From Eledone cirrhosa (taxonomy: Eukaryota), in the NCBI GenBank assembly GCA_964016885.1, contig OZ024740.1, positions 329,158,001 through 329,222,000 on the forward strand: a stretch of 64,000 nucleotides of DNA, in the 5' to 3' direction. The notes under the pieces were generated by a model. That model was given only the letters and a program-made list of their open reading frames with translations. It was not told where the DNA came from and did no database searches. A program made the translations under genes and the position numbers. This document shows positions 13,932 to 26,515 of this stretch, piece by piece (position 1 is the first letter of the stretch; every line of letters begins with the position of its first letter).

Positions 13932-15041
13932 ACTAGGGCTATAACACCCCACTTGCCGATTTTGCAATGGGTAACCCCTGCTTGCCAAGGGAGACGTAAG
14001 ATCTTCTTTGTATTCTTTTATCGCTTCCTTTATTTCCTTCCCCCCCTCTCTCCTTAGTCCTTCTACCCCAGCTCTTCCCCTTTGTCGGCGTCTTTTCTCG
14101 CCCACCCGAGGCTGCCCTTTGGCCCCTTGTAGCCTTTAGTACCCCACCCTTCCCCTAGTCTATGATAGATTTGGCGGACTCAGCCCTTTATAGCAGTTGG
14201 TTTAGACCCCGGATACTTGTCCCCTTTTTCCGACCGCTCCCACTATTCTCCGTGCCTTCTATATTTCTTAGTGGCACTTATGCCTTATTTTTTCGTTTCA
14301 GTATTTCTTTCTTCGCTTTTCTTTTGGGCGGGGTGGATTTTGAATTTATTTTTCCGTATTCTACCTTTACTTCGTACGAACTTTCATGTAGCTTGTTTTA
14401 GATCTTTTAGAGTTAGCATTAGTATATATTTTTCTCGGGACTCAGAATTATTATCTCGTACTAGTTCACTTTGCTGCACTGGGTGGTTGCTGGCATTGTG
14501 CCCGGGATGGAAACCTTTATTGTTTATTTCGTGGTAGTCTCTTTAGTATTTTGGCCCCTTTTGTTGACCCGTCACTGTATCATTTACGTACTTATACCTC
14601 TTAAAAGGGTCCTTGCCTATTCCGTCCCACCTAGTTCTTTTACTTATTTCGTTATTTCTTTATTTATTTCTTTACTTCTTTCTTTCTTTATTTATTTATT
14701 TATTCTAGCCTAACAATAGCTAGAGACCTAGGTCTTTGAATTTACTTTACTTTTTTCTTTACACTTATTTGCTTTTCTTCACTCTCAGTATTTTTTCTTT
14801 CCTATATATTTCTACCCCCCATTGTTCTACCTACCGTTCCGACTTCTTCCCCCTCCCCCTCCCCTGTATCTTCTTTGACCTCATGCCCAGCTGTAGCTGG
14901 CACTACCAACGCTTGATTGGGTCTACTCCACCCCCTCCCCTCTTTCTCCTACTGGCAGGTTTAGCCACCATCTCCCCTATTAATTTACAACCACAGAATT
15001 ACTACTGATTTTTGACAATCACTTTGACCATATATGGAATT

Positions 15042-15135
15042 ACCCCTTGAGAAGATCGGCTATTTAAATACCAGGATAAATTTTCATTTAGTCCAGAATT
15101 AGCCGTCGAAACGGCTTGAGCTCAGCTGTCGGGGT
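15042..15135 (+). ncRNA. Type I hammerhead ribozyme, U3-A8 core variant, in the PLE 3' pseudo-LTR
   Basis: ACCCC-TTGAGAA-GATCGGCTA...TAGCCGTC-GAAA-CGGCTtgagctcAGCTG-TC-GGGGT; all three stems pair. Confidence 0.7.
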
Positions 15136-15226
15136 CTTACTGGTTCCTATTACCCACTCTACTACCTCAAGTATTGAGTACTTTGGTGCGTTATGGTCCA
15201 CCTGGTTCCTTACCACATTCCCTTCG

Positions 15227-15228
<2 letters not shown>

Positions 15229-15295
<67 letters not shown>

Positions 15296-15375
15296 TACAC
15301 ACACATATATATATATATATATACACATATATACACATATGTGTATATATATATATGTGTGTGTGTATGTGTATG

Positions 15376-15414
<39 letters not shown>

Positions 15415-15589
15415 ATGTGCATATATATATATATATGTATATGTATGTGCATACATAAATATATGCATATGTATGTATTTATGTGTATATATGTATGTGT
15501 ATATAGGTGTATGTGTGTATGTGCGTATGTATATATATGTATATATATATATATATGTATATATATATGTGTATATATATAAATATATA

Positions 15590-15630
<41 letters not shown>

Positions 15631-15763
15631 ATATATATATATATGTGTATATATATATGTGTATATATATATATATATATACACATATATATATATATAT
15701 GTGTATATATATATATATGTGTATATATATATATATATATGTGTGTATATATATGTATATATA

Positions 15764-15795
<32 letters not shown>

Positions 15796-15857
15796 GATAT
15801 GTGTATATATATATATATGTGTATATATATATATGTGTGTACATATATATATATATA

Positions 15858-15896
<39 letters not shown>

Positions 15897-15970
15897 ATAT
15901 ATATATATATATATGTGTATGTATATATATATATATGTGTATATATATATGTATATATATGTGTGTGTGT
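15229..15970. repeat. Compound (TA)n/(TG)n microsatellite, right flank of the PLE
   Basis: Direct inspection. Confidence 0.98.
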
Positions 15971-15999
15971 AGTTTTAATGTGTAGACTTTATATATAGT

Positions 16000-17335
16000 A
16001 TAAAAGAGAAAACACAGGTAAGCATTAAGAGAAGGATTTTATCCAGGTATTTACGACCGTTTCATTGGTAAGTGCAACCTTATATTGCTATACTGCAAAT
16101 AGCAGCCACTCAATTATAATTGTTGTTCACGTCCAAATTTTCAGAATAGTGAGTAAGTCACTCTTGAAATAATTCTTAATATATAGAGAAATATATTTAT
16201 TTGGAATTGTATTTACTAGTATAGAGAGAGAGGAAGAGGAATCAGAAGGTGAGTGGACAAAAGGAATAGTATATAGAGAGAAGAAGGGGGAAGAGTTAGG
16301 ATGTAGAGTGACAAACTGAGATGGAGGGAGGGGTAGTTTTAATGTGTAGACTTTATGTCGTGGAATGTAGTGAATTAAAGAGAATTAAATTGATCATAGT
16401 GGGAGGGATGGATAGAGATAGAGAGAGGGGGTGGGGATATAAAGAGATAAATATATATATAAAAAATAAAGATAATAATGACAAAAATAAAAGCAAAGAA
16501 GGGGGGGGGTAAGAAGAAAAGAAAAGAAAGCCAAAAAGGGGAGGCAAGGAAGGAAGAAAACGAAGAAATAGAAGAGGAATGAAAGGGGTATATAGGTATT
16601 GTTTTTTGTGGGTAATTAAAAGGGTTAGATACAACAAGAGGGTATAAAGTCTAAGTATATGCAGTTTGTTAGTTGGTAGTAAGAGGTTAAGGGTTCGATT
16701 TGCACTTGTAGTGCGAAAACTTCTCTTTGAGTCTATGTTTACAATAATTTGATCTTTCGATTTTATTGTTGAGTAACTTATTCTTCGAACTCAAGATGTG
16801 GAACAGCTCACGGTCGCATAACCGACAGCTTCTTATACCACTCCGATATGGAGCGCGTTCGATAATTTTTTCCACTTCAGGGTGTATTTGTGGTTACTTT
16901 CCCTCAGTTGCCAGGTCTTGTTTGCAAGGGTAGTTACATTACGATGCTGGGAATGTTTCATTGCGTAACGGTGTGTATACCAATGGGCTTTAAATGTATT
17001 CCCAGTCGCTCCGATGTAATATCATTTCTGGTTGTCTGATTCCACTGTGCATTGGTAAACCAGGTTAGACTGCATACATTCATTATGTAATGGACAGGTT
17101 TCAGGTAGGTGACAGTTACAGTTCTTTTCATGGGCAACTTTGGCATTATTGGTCTGCTGCGATGCCTGTACAAGTATGTTACGTTTTGTTTACCTATTAG
17201 TGGGTGGTTGTGTATTAGATATTCTGTTGTGTTCAATGGTGATTGTATTGTTATTGTATTAAACTTGTGTTCTGGTGTTGTTATGTATCTTTTTAGCGAT
17301 AAGCATCTTAATGTGTGCCTCTATATTTGGTGCCG
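16000..17335 (-). mobile_element. Decayed Hydra-like PLE 3' end (GIY-YIG region plus 3' UTR with a degenerate HHR at ~16048-16148)
   Basis: Minus strand encodes NCNCHLPETCPLHNECMQSNLVYQCTV...YYIGATGNTFKAHWYTHR and RAPYRSGIRSCRLCDRELFHILSSKNKLLNNKIERSNYCKHR. UTR contains CTGAAAA-TTTGG...CCAAT-GAAACGGTC. Confidence 0.85.
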
Positions 17336-17344
17336 TGGAGTAAG

Positions 17345-17937
17345 ATTTACCTATCTTCCGGCCTTTCTGGAGAATCGTAGAAGCACATTTTAACTTAATT
17401 GTTTAAGCGTCAGTCATACAAAAGTGAGTTACAAACGAAACGAAATTTAATTTCGTTTCGTTATTTGTTTTTATCGTCTCCGTTGAACCGGTACGTACTC
17501 ACACTCTATGCAAATTAGTCTGCCCACTACTAATTTTCATAGAAAAAGCATATAACGATATGTGCTTCTACGATTCTCCAGAAAGGCCGGAAGATAGGTA
17601 AATATTGCTGATGAGTTGTAACAACAACGAAACTAGTTCAATATTCCTTGTCTGGCTTTCTGGAGAATAGAGGAAAGGTGTTTCCTCAAAAACCAGTATG
17701 ACGCTAAAAACCGGTTTGTCTGTGTGTTTACATACAGAATAGCTGGACACTCACAGTAAAGTGACCAGTGAAAAACTTGGTACATCTACATATGTATACG
17801 TGTGTGTATTCATATGCATACTAGTATTTCAGTATACATATGTGGATGTACATTTTTAACTTAATTGTTTAAGCGTCAGTCATACAAAAGTGAGTTACAA
17901 ACAAAACGAAATTTAATTTCGTTTCGTTATTTGTTTA
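17345..17937 (+). mobile_element. Retrozyme-like repeat, diverged subfamily B (466-bp period, ~1.2 monomers, short 5' inversion)
   Basis: TAACTTAATTGTTTAAGCGTCAG at 17391 and 17857; 17346-17387 is the reverse complement of ~17560-17602; same motif order as family A; ends in (TA)n. Confidence 0.75.
17601..17645 (+). ncRNA. Type I hammerhead ribozyme (subfamily B), fully canonical
   Basis: AATATTG-CTGATGA-GTTGtaacaaCAAC-GAAA-CTAG-TT-CAATATT: perfect 7-bp stem I, 4-bp stem II, GUU site. Confidence 0.9.
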
Positions 17938-17938
17938 T

Positions 17939-18027
<89 letters not shown>

Positions 18028-18079
18028 TATGTGTTTGTATATATATATATATATATATATCAGTATGTGTTTGTATATA

Positions 18080-18131
<52 letters not shown>

Positions 18132-18135
<4 letters not shown>

Positions 18136-21100
18136 CTCTCTCTGCTCAATAGCCTTCGTTCGTGCTGGTACTATTCTCTAAGCGCTCATATATTCACCTA
18201 GCTTACGCTAAACAGAATAATTTTTGAAGCTTGTTTTTCCCCCACGGTATGCTATATTTTCTGTTGTTCTCCTGTCTCACTCGCTTTACGCGTTTTAATT
18301 GTCCTAATAACTTATTTTGGTTATTATTGCACCGAAGTGAGATATATGATTTTTAATGCAATGAAATATCTATGATCTTCGGCAAATCACTGATGAGGGA
18401 CTTATTTTATTACATGTTACCATGTGCTACCTGCAGTATTTTTCTCTATATTTTAATACATATATTTACCACTGCGATTCTGTGTTTTTTTCTCTCTCTC
18501 TTACTGTTCCCCCATTCTCTCTGTTTCTCCCCCTCTGTCTTGTCCGTTAACTCTTCCTCACACTTTCACTCACTCACTGTTTTTCTCCCTCTTCTCTTCA
18601 TTTCATCCTGCACTCACGAACGCTATTTTTTCTCTCTCTGCTCAATAGCCTTCGTTCGTGCTGGTACTATTCTCTAAGCGCTCATATATTCACCTAGCTT
18701 ACGCTAAACAGAATAATTTTTGAAGCTTGTTTCTCCCCCACGGTATGCTATATTTTCTGTTGTTCTCCTGTCTCACTCGCTTTACGCGTTTTAATTGTCC
18801 TAATAACTTATTTTGGTTATTATTTCACCGAAGTGAGATATATGATTTTTAATGCAATGAAATATCTATGATCTTCGGCAAATCACTGATGAGGGACTTA
18901 TTTTATTACATGTTACCATGTGCTACCTGCAGTATTTTTCTCTATATTTTAATACATATATTTACCACTGCGATTCTGTGTTTTTTTCTCTCTCTCTTAC
19001 TGTTCCCCCATTCTCTCTGTTTCTCCCCCTCTGTCTTGTCCGTTAACTCTTCCTCACACTTTCACTCACTCACTGTTTTTCTCCCTCTTCTCTTCATTTC
19101 ATCCTGCACTCACGAACGCTATTTTTTCTCTCTCTGCTCAATAGCCTTCGTTCGTGCTGGTACTATTCTCTAAGCGCTCATATATTCACCTAGCTTACGC
19201 TAAACAGAATAATTTTTGAAGCTTGTTTTTCCCCCACGGTATGCTATATTTTCTGTTGTTCTCCTGTCTCACTCGCTTTACGCGTTTTAATTGTCCTAAT
19301 AACTTATTTTGGTTATTATTGCACCGAAGTGAGATATATGATTTTTAATGCAATGAAATATCTATGATCTTCGGCAAATCACTGATGAGGGACTTATTTT
19401 ATTACATGTTACCATGTGCTACCTGCAGTATTTTTCTCTATATTTTAATACATATATTTACCACTGCGATTCTGTGTTTTTTTCTCTCTCTCTTACTGTT
19501 CCCCCATTCTCTCTGTTTCTCCCCCTCTGTCTTGTCCGTTAACTCTTCCTCACACTTTCACTCACTCACTGTTTTTCTCCCTCTTCTCTTCATTTCATCC
19601 TGCACTCACGAACGCTATTTTTTCTCTCTCTGCTCAATAGCCTTCGTTCTTGCTGGTACTATTCTCTAAGCGCTCATATATTCACCTAGCTTACGCTAAA
19701 CAGAATAATTTTTGAAGCTTGTTTCTCCCCCACGGTATGCTATATTTTCTGTTGTTCTCCTGTCTCACTCGCTTTACGCGTTTTAATTGTCCTAATAACT
19801 TATTTTGGTTATTATTTCACCGAAGTGAGATATATGATTTTTAATGCAATGAAATATCTATGATCTTCGGCAAATCACTGATGAGGGACTTATTTTATTA
19901 CATGTTACCATGTGCTACCTGCAGTATTTTTCTCTATATTTTAATACATATATTTACCACTGCGATTCTGTGTTTTTTTCTCTCTCTCTTACTGTTCCCC
20001 CATTCTCTCTGTTTCTCCCCCTCTGTCTTGTCCGTTAACTCTTCCTCACACTTTCACTCACTCACTGTTTTTCTCCCTCTTCTCTTCATTTCATCCTGCA
20101 CTCACGAACGCTATTTTTTCTCTCTCTGCTCAATAGCCTTCGTTCGTGCTGGTACTATTCTCTAAGCGCTCATATATTCACCTAGCTTACGCTAAACAGA
20201 ATAATTTTTGAAGGTTGTTTCTCCCCCACGGTATGCTATATTTTCTGTTGTTCTCCTGTGTCACTCGCTTTACGCGTTTTAATTGTCCTAATAACTTATT
20301 TTGGTTATTATTGCACCGAAGTGAGATATATGATTTTTAATGCAATGAAATATCTATGATCTTCGGCAAATCACTGATGAGGGACTTATTTTATTACATG
20401 TTACCATGTGCTACCTGCAGTATTTTTCTCTATATTTTAATACATATATTTACCACTGCGATTCTGTGTTTTTTTCTCTCTCTCTTACTGTTCCCCCATT
20501 CTCTCTGTTTCTCCCCCTCTGTCTTGTCCGTTAACTCTTCCTCACACTTTCACTCACTCACTGTTTTTCTCCCTCTTCTCTTCATTTCATCCTGCACTCA
20601 CGAACGCTATTTTTTCTCTCTCTGCTCAATAGCCTTCGTTCGTGCTGGTACTATTCTCTAAGCGCTCATATATTCACCTAGCTTACGCTAAACAGAATAA
20701 TTTTTGAAGCTTGTTTCTCCCCCACGGTATGCTATATTTTCTGTTGTTCTCCTGTCTCACTCGCTTTACGCGTTTTAATTGTCCTAATAACTTATTTTGG
20801 TTATTATTTCACCGAAGTGAGATATATGATTTTTAATGCAATGAAATATCTATGATCTTCGGCAAATCACTGATGAGGGACTTATTTTATTACATGTTAC
20901 CATGTGCTACCTGCAGTATTTTTCTCTATATTTTAATACATATATTTACCACTGCGATTCTGTGTTTTTTTCTCTCTCTCTTACTGTTCCCCCATTCTCT
21001 CTGTTTCTCCCCCTCTGTCTTGTCCGTTAACTCTTCCTCACACTTTCACTCACTCACTGTTTTTCTCCCTCTTCTCTTCATTTCATCCTGCACTCACGAA

Positions 21101-21432
21101 CGCTATTTTTTCTCTCTCTGCTCAATAGCCTTCGTTCGTGCTGGTACTATTCTCTAAGCGCTCATATATTCACCTAGCTTACGCTAAACAGAATAATTTT
21201 TGAAGCTTGTTTCTCCCCCACGGTATGCTATATTTTCTGTTGTTCTCCTGTCTCACTCGCTTTACGCGTTTTAATTGTCCTAATAACTTATTTTGGTTAT
21301 TATTGCACCGAAGTGAGATATATGATTTTTAATGCAATGAAATATCTATGATCTTCGGCAAATCACTGATGAGGGACTTATTTTATTACATGTTACCATG
21401 TGCTACCTGCAGTATTTTTCTCTATATTTTAA
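18132..21432 (+). repeat. 496-bp tandem array, ~6.6 near-identical units, flanked by (TA)n
   Basis: Near-identical ORF translations recur every 496 bp (18372, 18868, 19364, 19860, 20356, 20852). Pyrimidine-rich like PLE 3' UTRs; each unit has CTGATGAGGGAC. Confidence 0.97.
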
Positions 21433-21470
21433 TATATATATATATATATATATAAATATGTGTGTGTATG

Positions 21471-21543
<73 letters not shown>

Positions 21544-21914
21544 GTATACATTCAGGTTTGAGGTTCACCACTGGATAGAGCCCTGTCTATTCCGTATGGT
21601 CAATCGTAATGTAATAATATAGAGAGTACTCAACGTAAAGCAGTTCAACCGTCTTTTTTTTGTAGTTGGTGGTGCTATTACGGAGTTAAATATTATAATA
21701 TATATTATATTATATATGTATATATGTGTATGTGTGTATATGTATGTATATGTATGTATATGTATGCATATATGTATGTGTATATGTGTATGTGTGTGTT
21801 GGTGTATGTGTGAGCAAATTGAGGACGATACTGGATGCGCTGCGGAAGAAGTGGCAAACGCTATGAGAGACAGAGATGGATGGAGCAAGCTCGACCTGAT
21901 GATGATATATATAT

Positions 21915-21973
21915 AAATGTGTAAGTATGTATGTATACGTACATACATATATGTATACAGACGTACAGTAGCA

Positions 21974-22016
<43 letters not shown>

Positions 22017-22267
22017 GCAGGTACACATACATATATGTACGCATCAGTTTAGCGGACGCTTATTATAGCGCCCGCTTTGTTCGTTTGTAAACAAACTGAA
22101 CAGCCTGAATTTATGCCGCACGGTGTTAAGGCAACCACGTCACCTTTTTGTTCAACACCGTGCGGCATAAATTCAGGCTGTTCAGTTTGTTTACAACAAA
22201 CGAACAAAGCGGGCGCTATAATAAGCGTCCGCTAAACTGATGCGTACATATATGTATGTGTACATGC

Positions 22268-22312
<45 letters not shown>

Positions 22313-22748
22313 TGCTACTGTACGTCTGTATACATATATTTATGTACGTATACATACATACTTACATTTAAGTAAGTGCCGTACTAAGAGTGAGAAATGA
22401 AATCTCGTTTTGATTTTATTACATCTCATCGTTTTCGGTGCGCCTGACCGATTTAACTCACTCGATATGCAAATTAGGCTGCTCAGCCGTTAATTTTCAT
22501 AAGGAAAGTATATACTTTCGAACGTGCAACTATCTGGCAGATGGGTATACGGTGGTGATGATAGCTAACAAGCTTGAAACTAGTACATCGTTCCTGTGTC
22601 AGTGTTGAACAAAAAGGTGACGTGGTTGCCTTAACACCGTGCGGCATAAATTCAGGCTGTTCAGTTTGTTTACAAACGAACAAAGCGAGCGCTATAATAA
22701 GCGTCCGCTAAACTGATGCGTACATATATGTATGTGTACCTGCATGTA

Positions 22749-22822
<74 letters not shown>

Positions 22823-22935
22823 TGCTACTGTACGTCTGTATACATATATGTATGTACGTATACATACATACTTACATTTAAGTAAGTGCCGTACTAAGAG
22901 TGAGAAATGAAATTTCGTTTTCATTTTATTACAAC
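21915..22935 (+). mobile_element. Retrozyme-like family A insertion: inverted 5' arm (21915-22157) plus ~1.6 monomers; HHR at 22549-22591 with C3>G
   Basis: ACGGTG-GTGATGA-TAGCtaacaaGCTT-GAAA-CTAG-TA-CATCGT; GTACTAAGAGTGAGAAATGA at 22381 and 22891; left arm is the reverse complement of the unit. Confidence 0.8.
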
Positions 22936-22976
22936 TTATATATATATGTATATGTGTATATGTATGTATAAATGTA

Positions 22977-23019
<43 letters not shown>

Positions 23020-23033
23020 ATATATATATATAT

Positions 23034-23127
<94 letters not shown>

Positions 23128-23136
23128 GTGTGTGTG

Positions 23137-23191
<55 letters not shown>

Positions 23192-23702
23192 TTGTGAATG
23201 TGTCTGTTGACAGCTGGAACATAGCTTAAGAGAAACTTGAAGATAGTGATATGATAGGCACCACATATTTTGAACTGGTCTATAGAATTCTCTTGGCCTC
23301 TGTCACTCTAAGTAGAACTTTAAAGAATTAGCTTTTAACGAATTTCCTTTTTCTTTAAATTCATCAACCATGACCGACCCCCAACGATCTTATAGACACC
23401 TGAAATATAGGCATTGTTAGCTTAAGAGAAACTTAAAAATAAGGAGTGGAACCCCATTCTGAACTTGTTTATAGATTTCTTTCTGCCTTTGTCACTCTAA
23501 ATATAAATTATAGTTTTAAATGAATATAGCCTTTATAGCCTTTAATGAATTCCCTTTTCTATCAACCAATGCCCTCTATCCATCCCACTCCCCACCCCCA
23601 CCTACCACCTGAAAAGACCTATAAATACCACATTTACTTTTGGATAGCCAGATTCCTGATAATTTCTAAAGAATGAAAGAGGTCTAGTCCTGTAGAATCT
23701 CA

Positions 23703-23751
<49 letters not shown>

Positions 23752-23769
23752 AAGCAAATTATAGACGTA

Positions 23770-24230
23770 AACATGTAAGTATGTTTTTGAAACGGTGCGC
23801 GAGTTTGAAATTAGAAATTAGAAAATATAAGCGTTCACCGTATTTTACACTAAAGAAATTTCTAGCCTGATAGTGGGGTTTATAACCCTCGGAGAAATGG
23901 AAAAAGATGAGTGTTGCCGTGCATGGGAGTCGAACCCACATCTTTGGTTATCCAGACCACTCTGCTACCATTACACCAATACACATCCCATCTCCTTCTT
24001 GTTTATCATTTACTTGCTAAGTTCATAGCTTCTAATTCGAATGGAAGGAGATGGGATGTGTATTGGTGTAATGGTGGCACAGTGGTCTGGTAACCAAAGA
24101 TCTGGGTTCCACTCCCATGTACGGCAACATTCATCTCTTTCCATTTCTCCGAGCGTTATAAACCCCACTATCAGGCTAGAAATTTCTTTAGTCTAAAACA
24201 CGGTGAAGACTTATATTTTCTAATTTCTAA
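23770..24230. repeat. Inverted pair of the tRNA-like repeat (tRNA-like parts at ~23915-23987 minus and ~24055-24126 plus) between (TA)n tracts
   Basis: Homologous to 7055-7530; the two arms are reverse complements. Confidence 0.8.
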
Positions 24231-24232
24231 TA

Positions 24233-24322
<90 letters not shown>

Positions 24323-24341
24323 TGAGTGTGTGTGTGTGTGC

Positions 24342-24406
<65 letters not shown>

Positions 24407-24560
24407 TACATATTATTACTATATAAAAATAACAATAATAATAGTATAATCAACGATTATTACAATAAATGCGACAACAATAATATTATGACATAATTAT
24501 TATCATGATTACTAGAATTATCACCGTAGCCATTATAAGGATATTAGTAATAGCAATAAC

Positions 24561-24744
24561 TGTTTCTACTTTTGGCACAAGGCCAGCAATTAATCCAGTG
24601 TATTACTGGTACTTTATTTTATCGACCCCTTAAGGATGAAAGGCAACGTCAACCTCGGCGAGTTTTGAACTCAGTCCGTAAAGGGACGTAACTGTGCTGT
24701 AAAGCATGGCGCCGACCCTCTACCGATACTGCCAATCCACCGCC
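24561..24744 (-). mobile_element. tRNA-derived SINE with a Nin/Deu-like central domain
   Basis: Minus strand GGCGGTGGATTGGCAGTATCGGTAGAG (A box)...GAGTTCAAAACTCGCC (B box)...GCCTTTCATCCTT..GGGGTCGATAAAATAAAGTACCAGT. Confidence 0.85.
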
Positions 24745-24834
24745 CTATTAGTAATAGCAATAACAATAATGACAGTTATTGCTGATAGGACTCGAAACTT
24801 GGTATATTGTTTGACTATATTAGTCGACTCTCTA

Positions 24835-24902
<68 letters not shown>

Positions 24903-25041
24903 TCAGCGAGAATCGCATTTCGGTGGGTTGAAAAAGCGAAACGAAACGCAAAATCAGAGTCATGCTGGCAAGCGCTCCATAGTTAAAAAACCAGAGCTAA
25001 ACATATGTTATAAAGGCCATACAAAACTGAAAAGGCGTTCA

Positions 25042-25107
<66 letters not shown>

Positions 25108-25165
25108 TTAGTACAGATTAAAGTTTAAGCAAATCATTTCTGCTATCACCATAATACGGGATCTT

Positions 25166-25240
<75 letters not shown>

Positions 25241-25244
25241 TGAA

Positions 25245-26453
25245 TATAAAATGATAGTGCTTTTATAAAGGAATTTATTAGGTATTGACATATGTTTCTG
25301 TAACAGACGGAATACCTATGTATCGCTGCTTACGTAATCATATAATTTTAGCAAGTATTCGATAGCAAATGTATAATCAGTTGTCACTTCTTCAGAGATA
25401 TTGGATAAATTGGAAAAAATCCTCCTTCAAATCTCGCCTTTATAGACATCGTTAGTCGATAAAACATGAAAACCAGCGTTATGCACCAACACTCGCAGAC
25501 AAGGCTTGGCAGCTTCGCGAAAATAACCAACAATTTAAGGTAAAATGAGATATAATAACTTCTGCGCCTGCAGATGACCAAGGACAGGAATTTTGTAAAT
25601 TGTGTAATATGGAATTATTTTGTATTATGAAATCCCAAAATATTTTATTAAATAACAGAATAGAGCGATCGTTATAATGTAACCATCGCTTGAAATCTAC
25701 ATTTTCATATTACAAACGTCACCAGGATTGAACGCCTGTCTCTATCTCCGTTTGATTGTCAAAATACATATTAACATTCTCTATTAGTCTTAATTCTATC
25801 AACTCTTCTATTCTTTACCATTTAATATAAACTGCTATAGATAAAATGAGATTTCTTAATTCAATTCCCTAATGCATATACCAGCAGGCTACCAGCATTG
25901 TTATTATACAGTAGCAGTGAAAATCTCCCTCTTCCTTAATTAACACTTTATATCTATTAATACTACTACACCAACCGACCAGCCCTGTCCATTGTTCAAT
26001 TGGTCAAATTCTTATTTACATAAAATAAGCCATATACTCATTGTATTCTCATTAGAAACCTTCTATATACTTGTTTACCAGTAAATTGAATTGCAATCTG
26101 TCATATACTTTCCCCTCTCTTCTTCCTTTCTTACAACTAATATAAATACTTCAATTTTTCTGATTTTTTCCAATTTATCCAATATCTCTGAAGAAGTGAC
26201 AACTGATTATACATTTGCTATCGAATACTTGCTAACATTATATGATTACGCAAGCAGCGATACATAGATATGCCGTCTGTTACAGAAACATATGTCAATA
26301 CCTAATAAATTCCTTTATAAAAGCACTTTCATTTTATATTCATCTTTTATACATTTTCTCCGGAATATAATTTATACTCGTTGAGCAAACCTATACGTAC
26401 GCTGTTCATCTCTAACGTGACGATATATTATCACTACATTATTAATAACTTGA

Positions 26454-26460
<7 letters not shown>
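25245..26460 (+). mobile_element. Short PLE insertion: inverted pseudo-LTR, ORF C-terminal remnant, 3' pseudo-LTR
   Basis: 25595-25715 encodes CKLCNMELFCIMKSQNILLNNRIERSL*CNHRLKSTFSYYK; 25240-25421 is the reverse complement of ~26162-26345; flanked by microsatellites. Confidence 0.8.
26183..26300 (+). ncRNA. Hammerhead ribozyme fold (PLE-type, weak stem I); inverted twin at ~25283-25400
   Basis: CTGAAGA-AGTGACA...TGTTACA-GAAA-CATATG-TC with palindromic stem III. Confidence 0.55.

Positions 26461-26515
<55 letters not shown>

Larger units (their letters stand above)
11183..15228 (+). mobile_element. Penelope-like retroelement (Hydra-clade-like), 5'-truncated with an inverted pseudo-LTR, inserted in (TA)n
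   Basis: RT plus GIY-YIG ORF; 11183-11894 is the near-identical reverse complement of 14435-15150; both ends abut (TA)n. Confidence 0.92.

Noticed and set aside
18372-21157. Six near-identical 101-aa hydrophobic ORFs; array considered as a gene cluster or CRISPR-like array
   Set aside because: The ORF follows from pyrimidine-rich repeat composition; units have no variable spacers and there are no cas genes; eukaryotic context.
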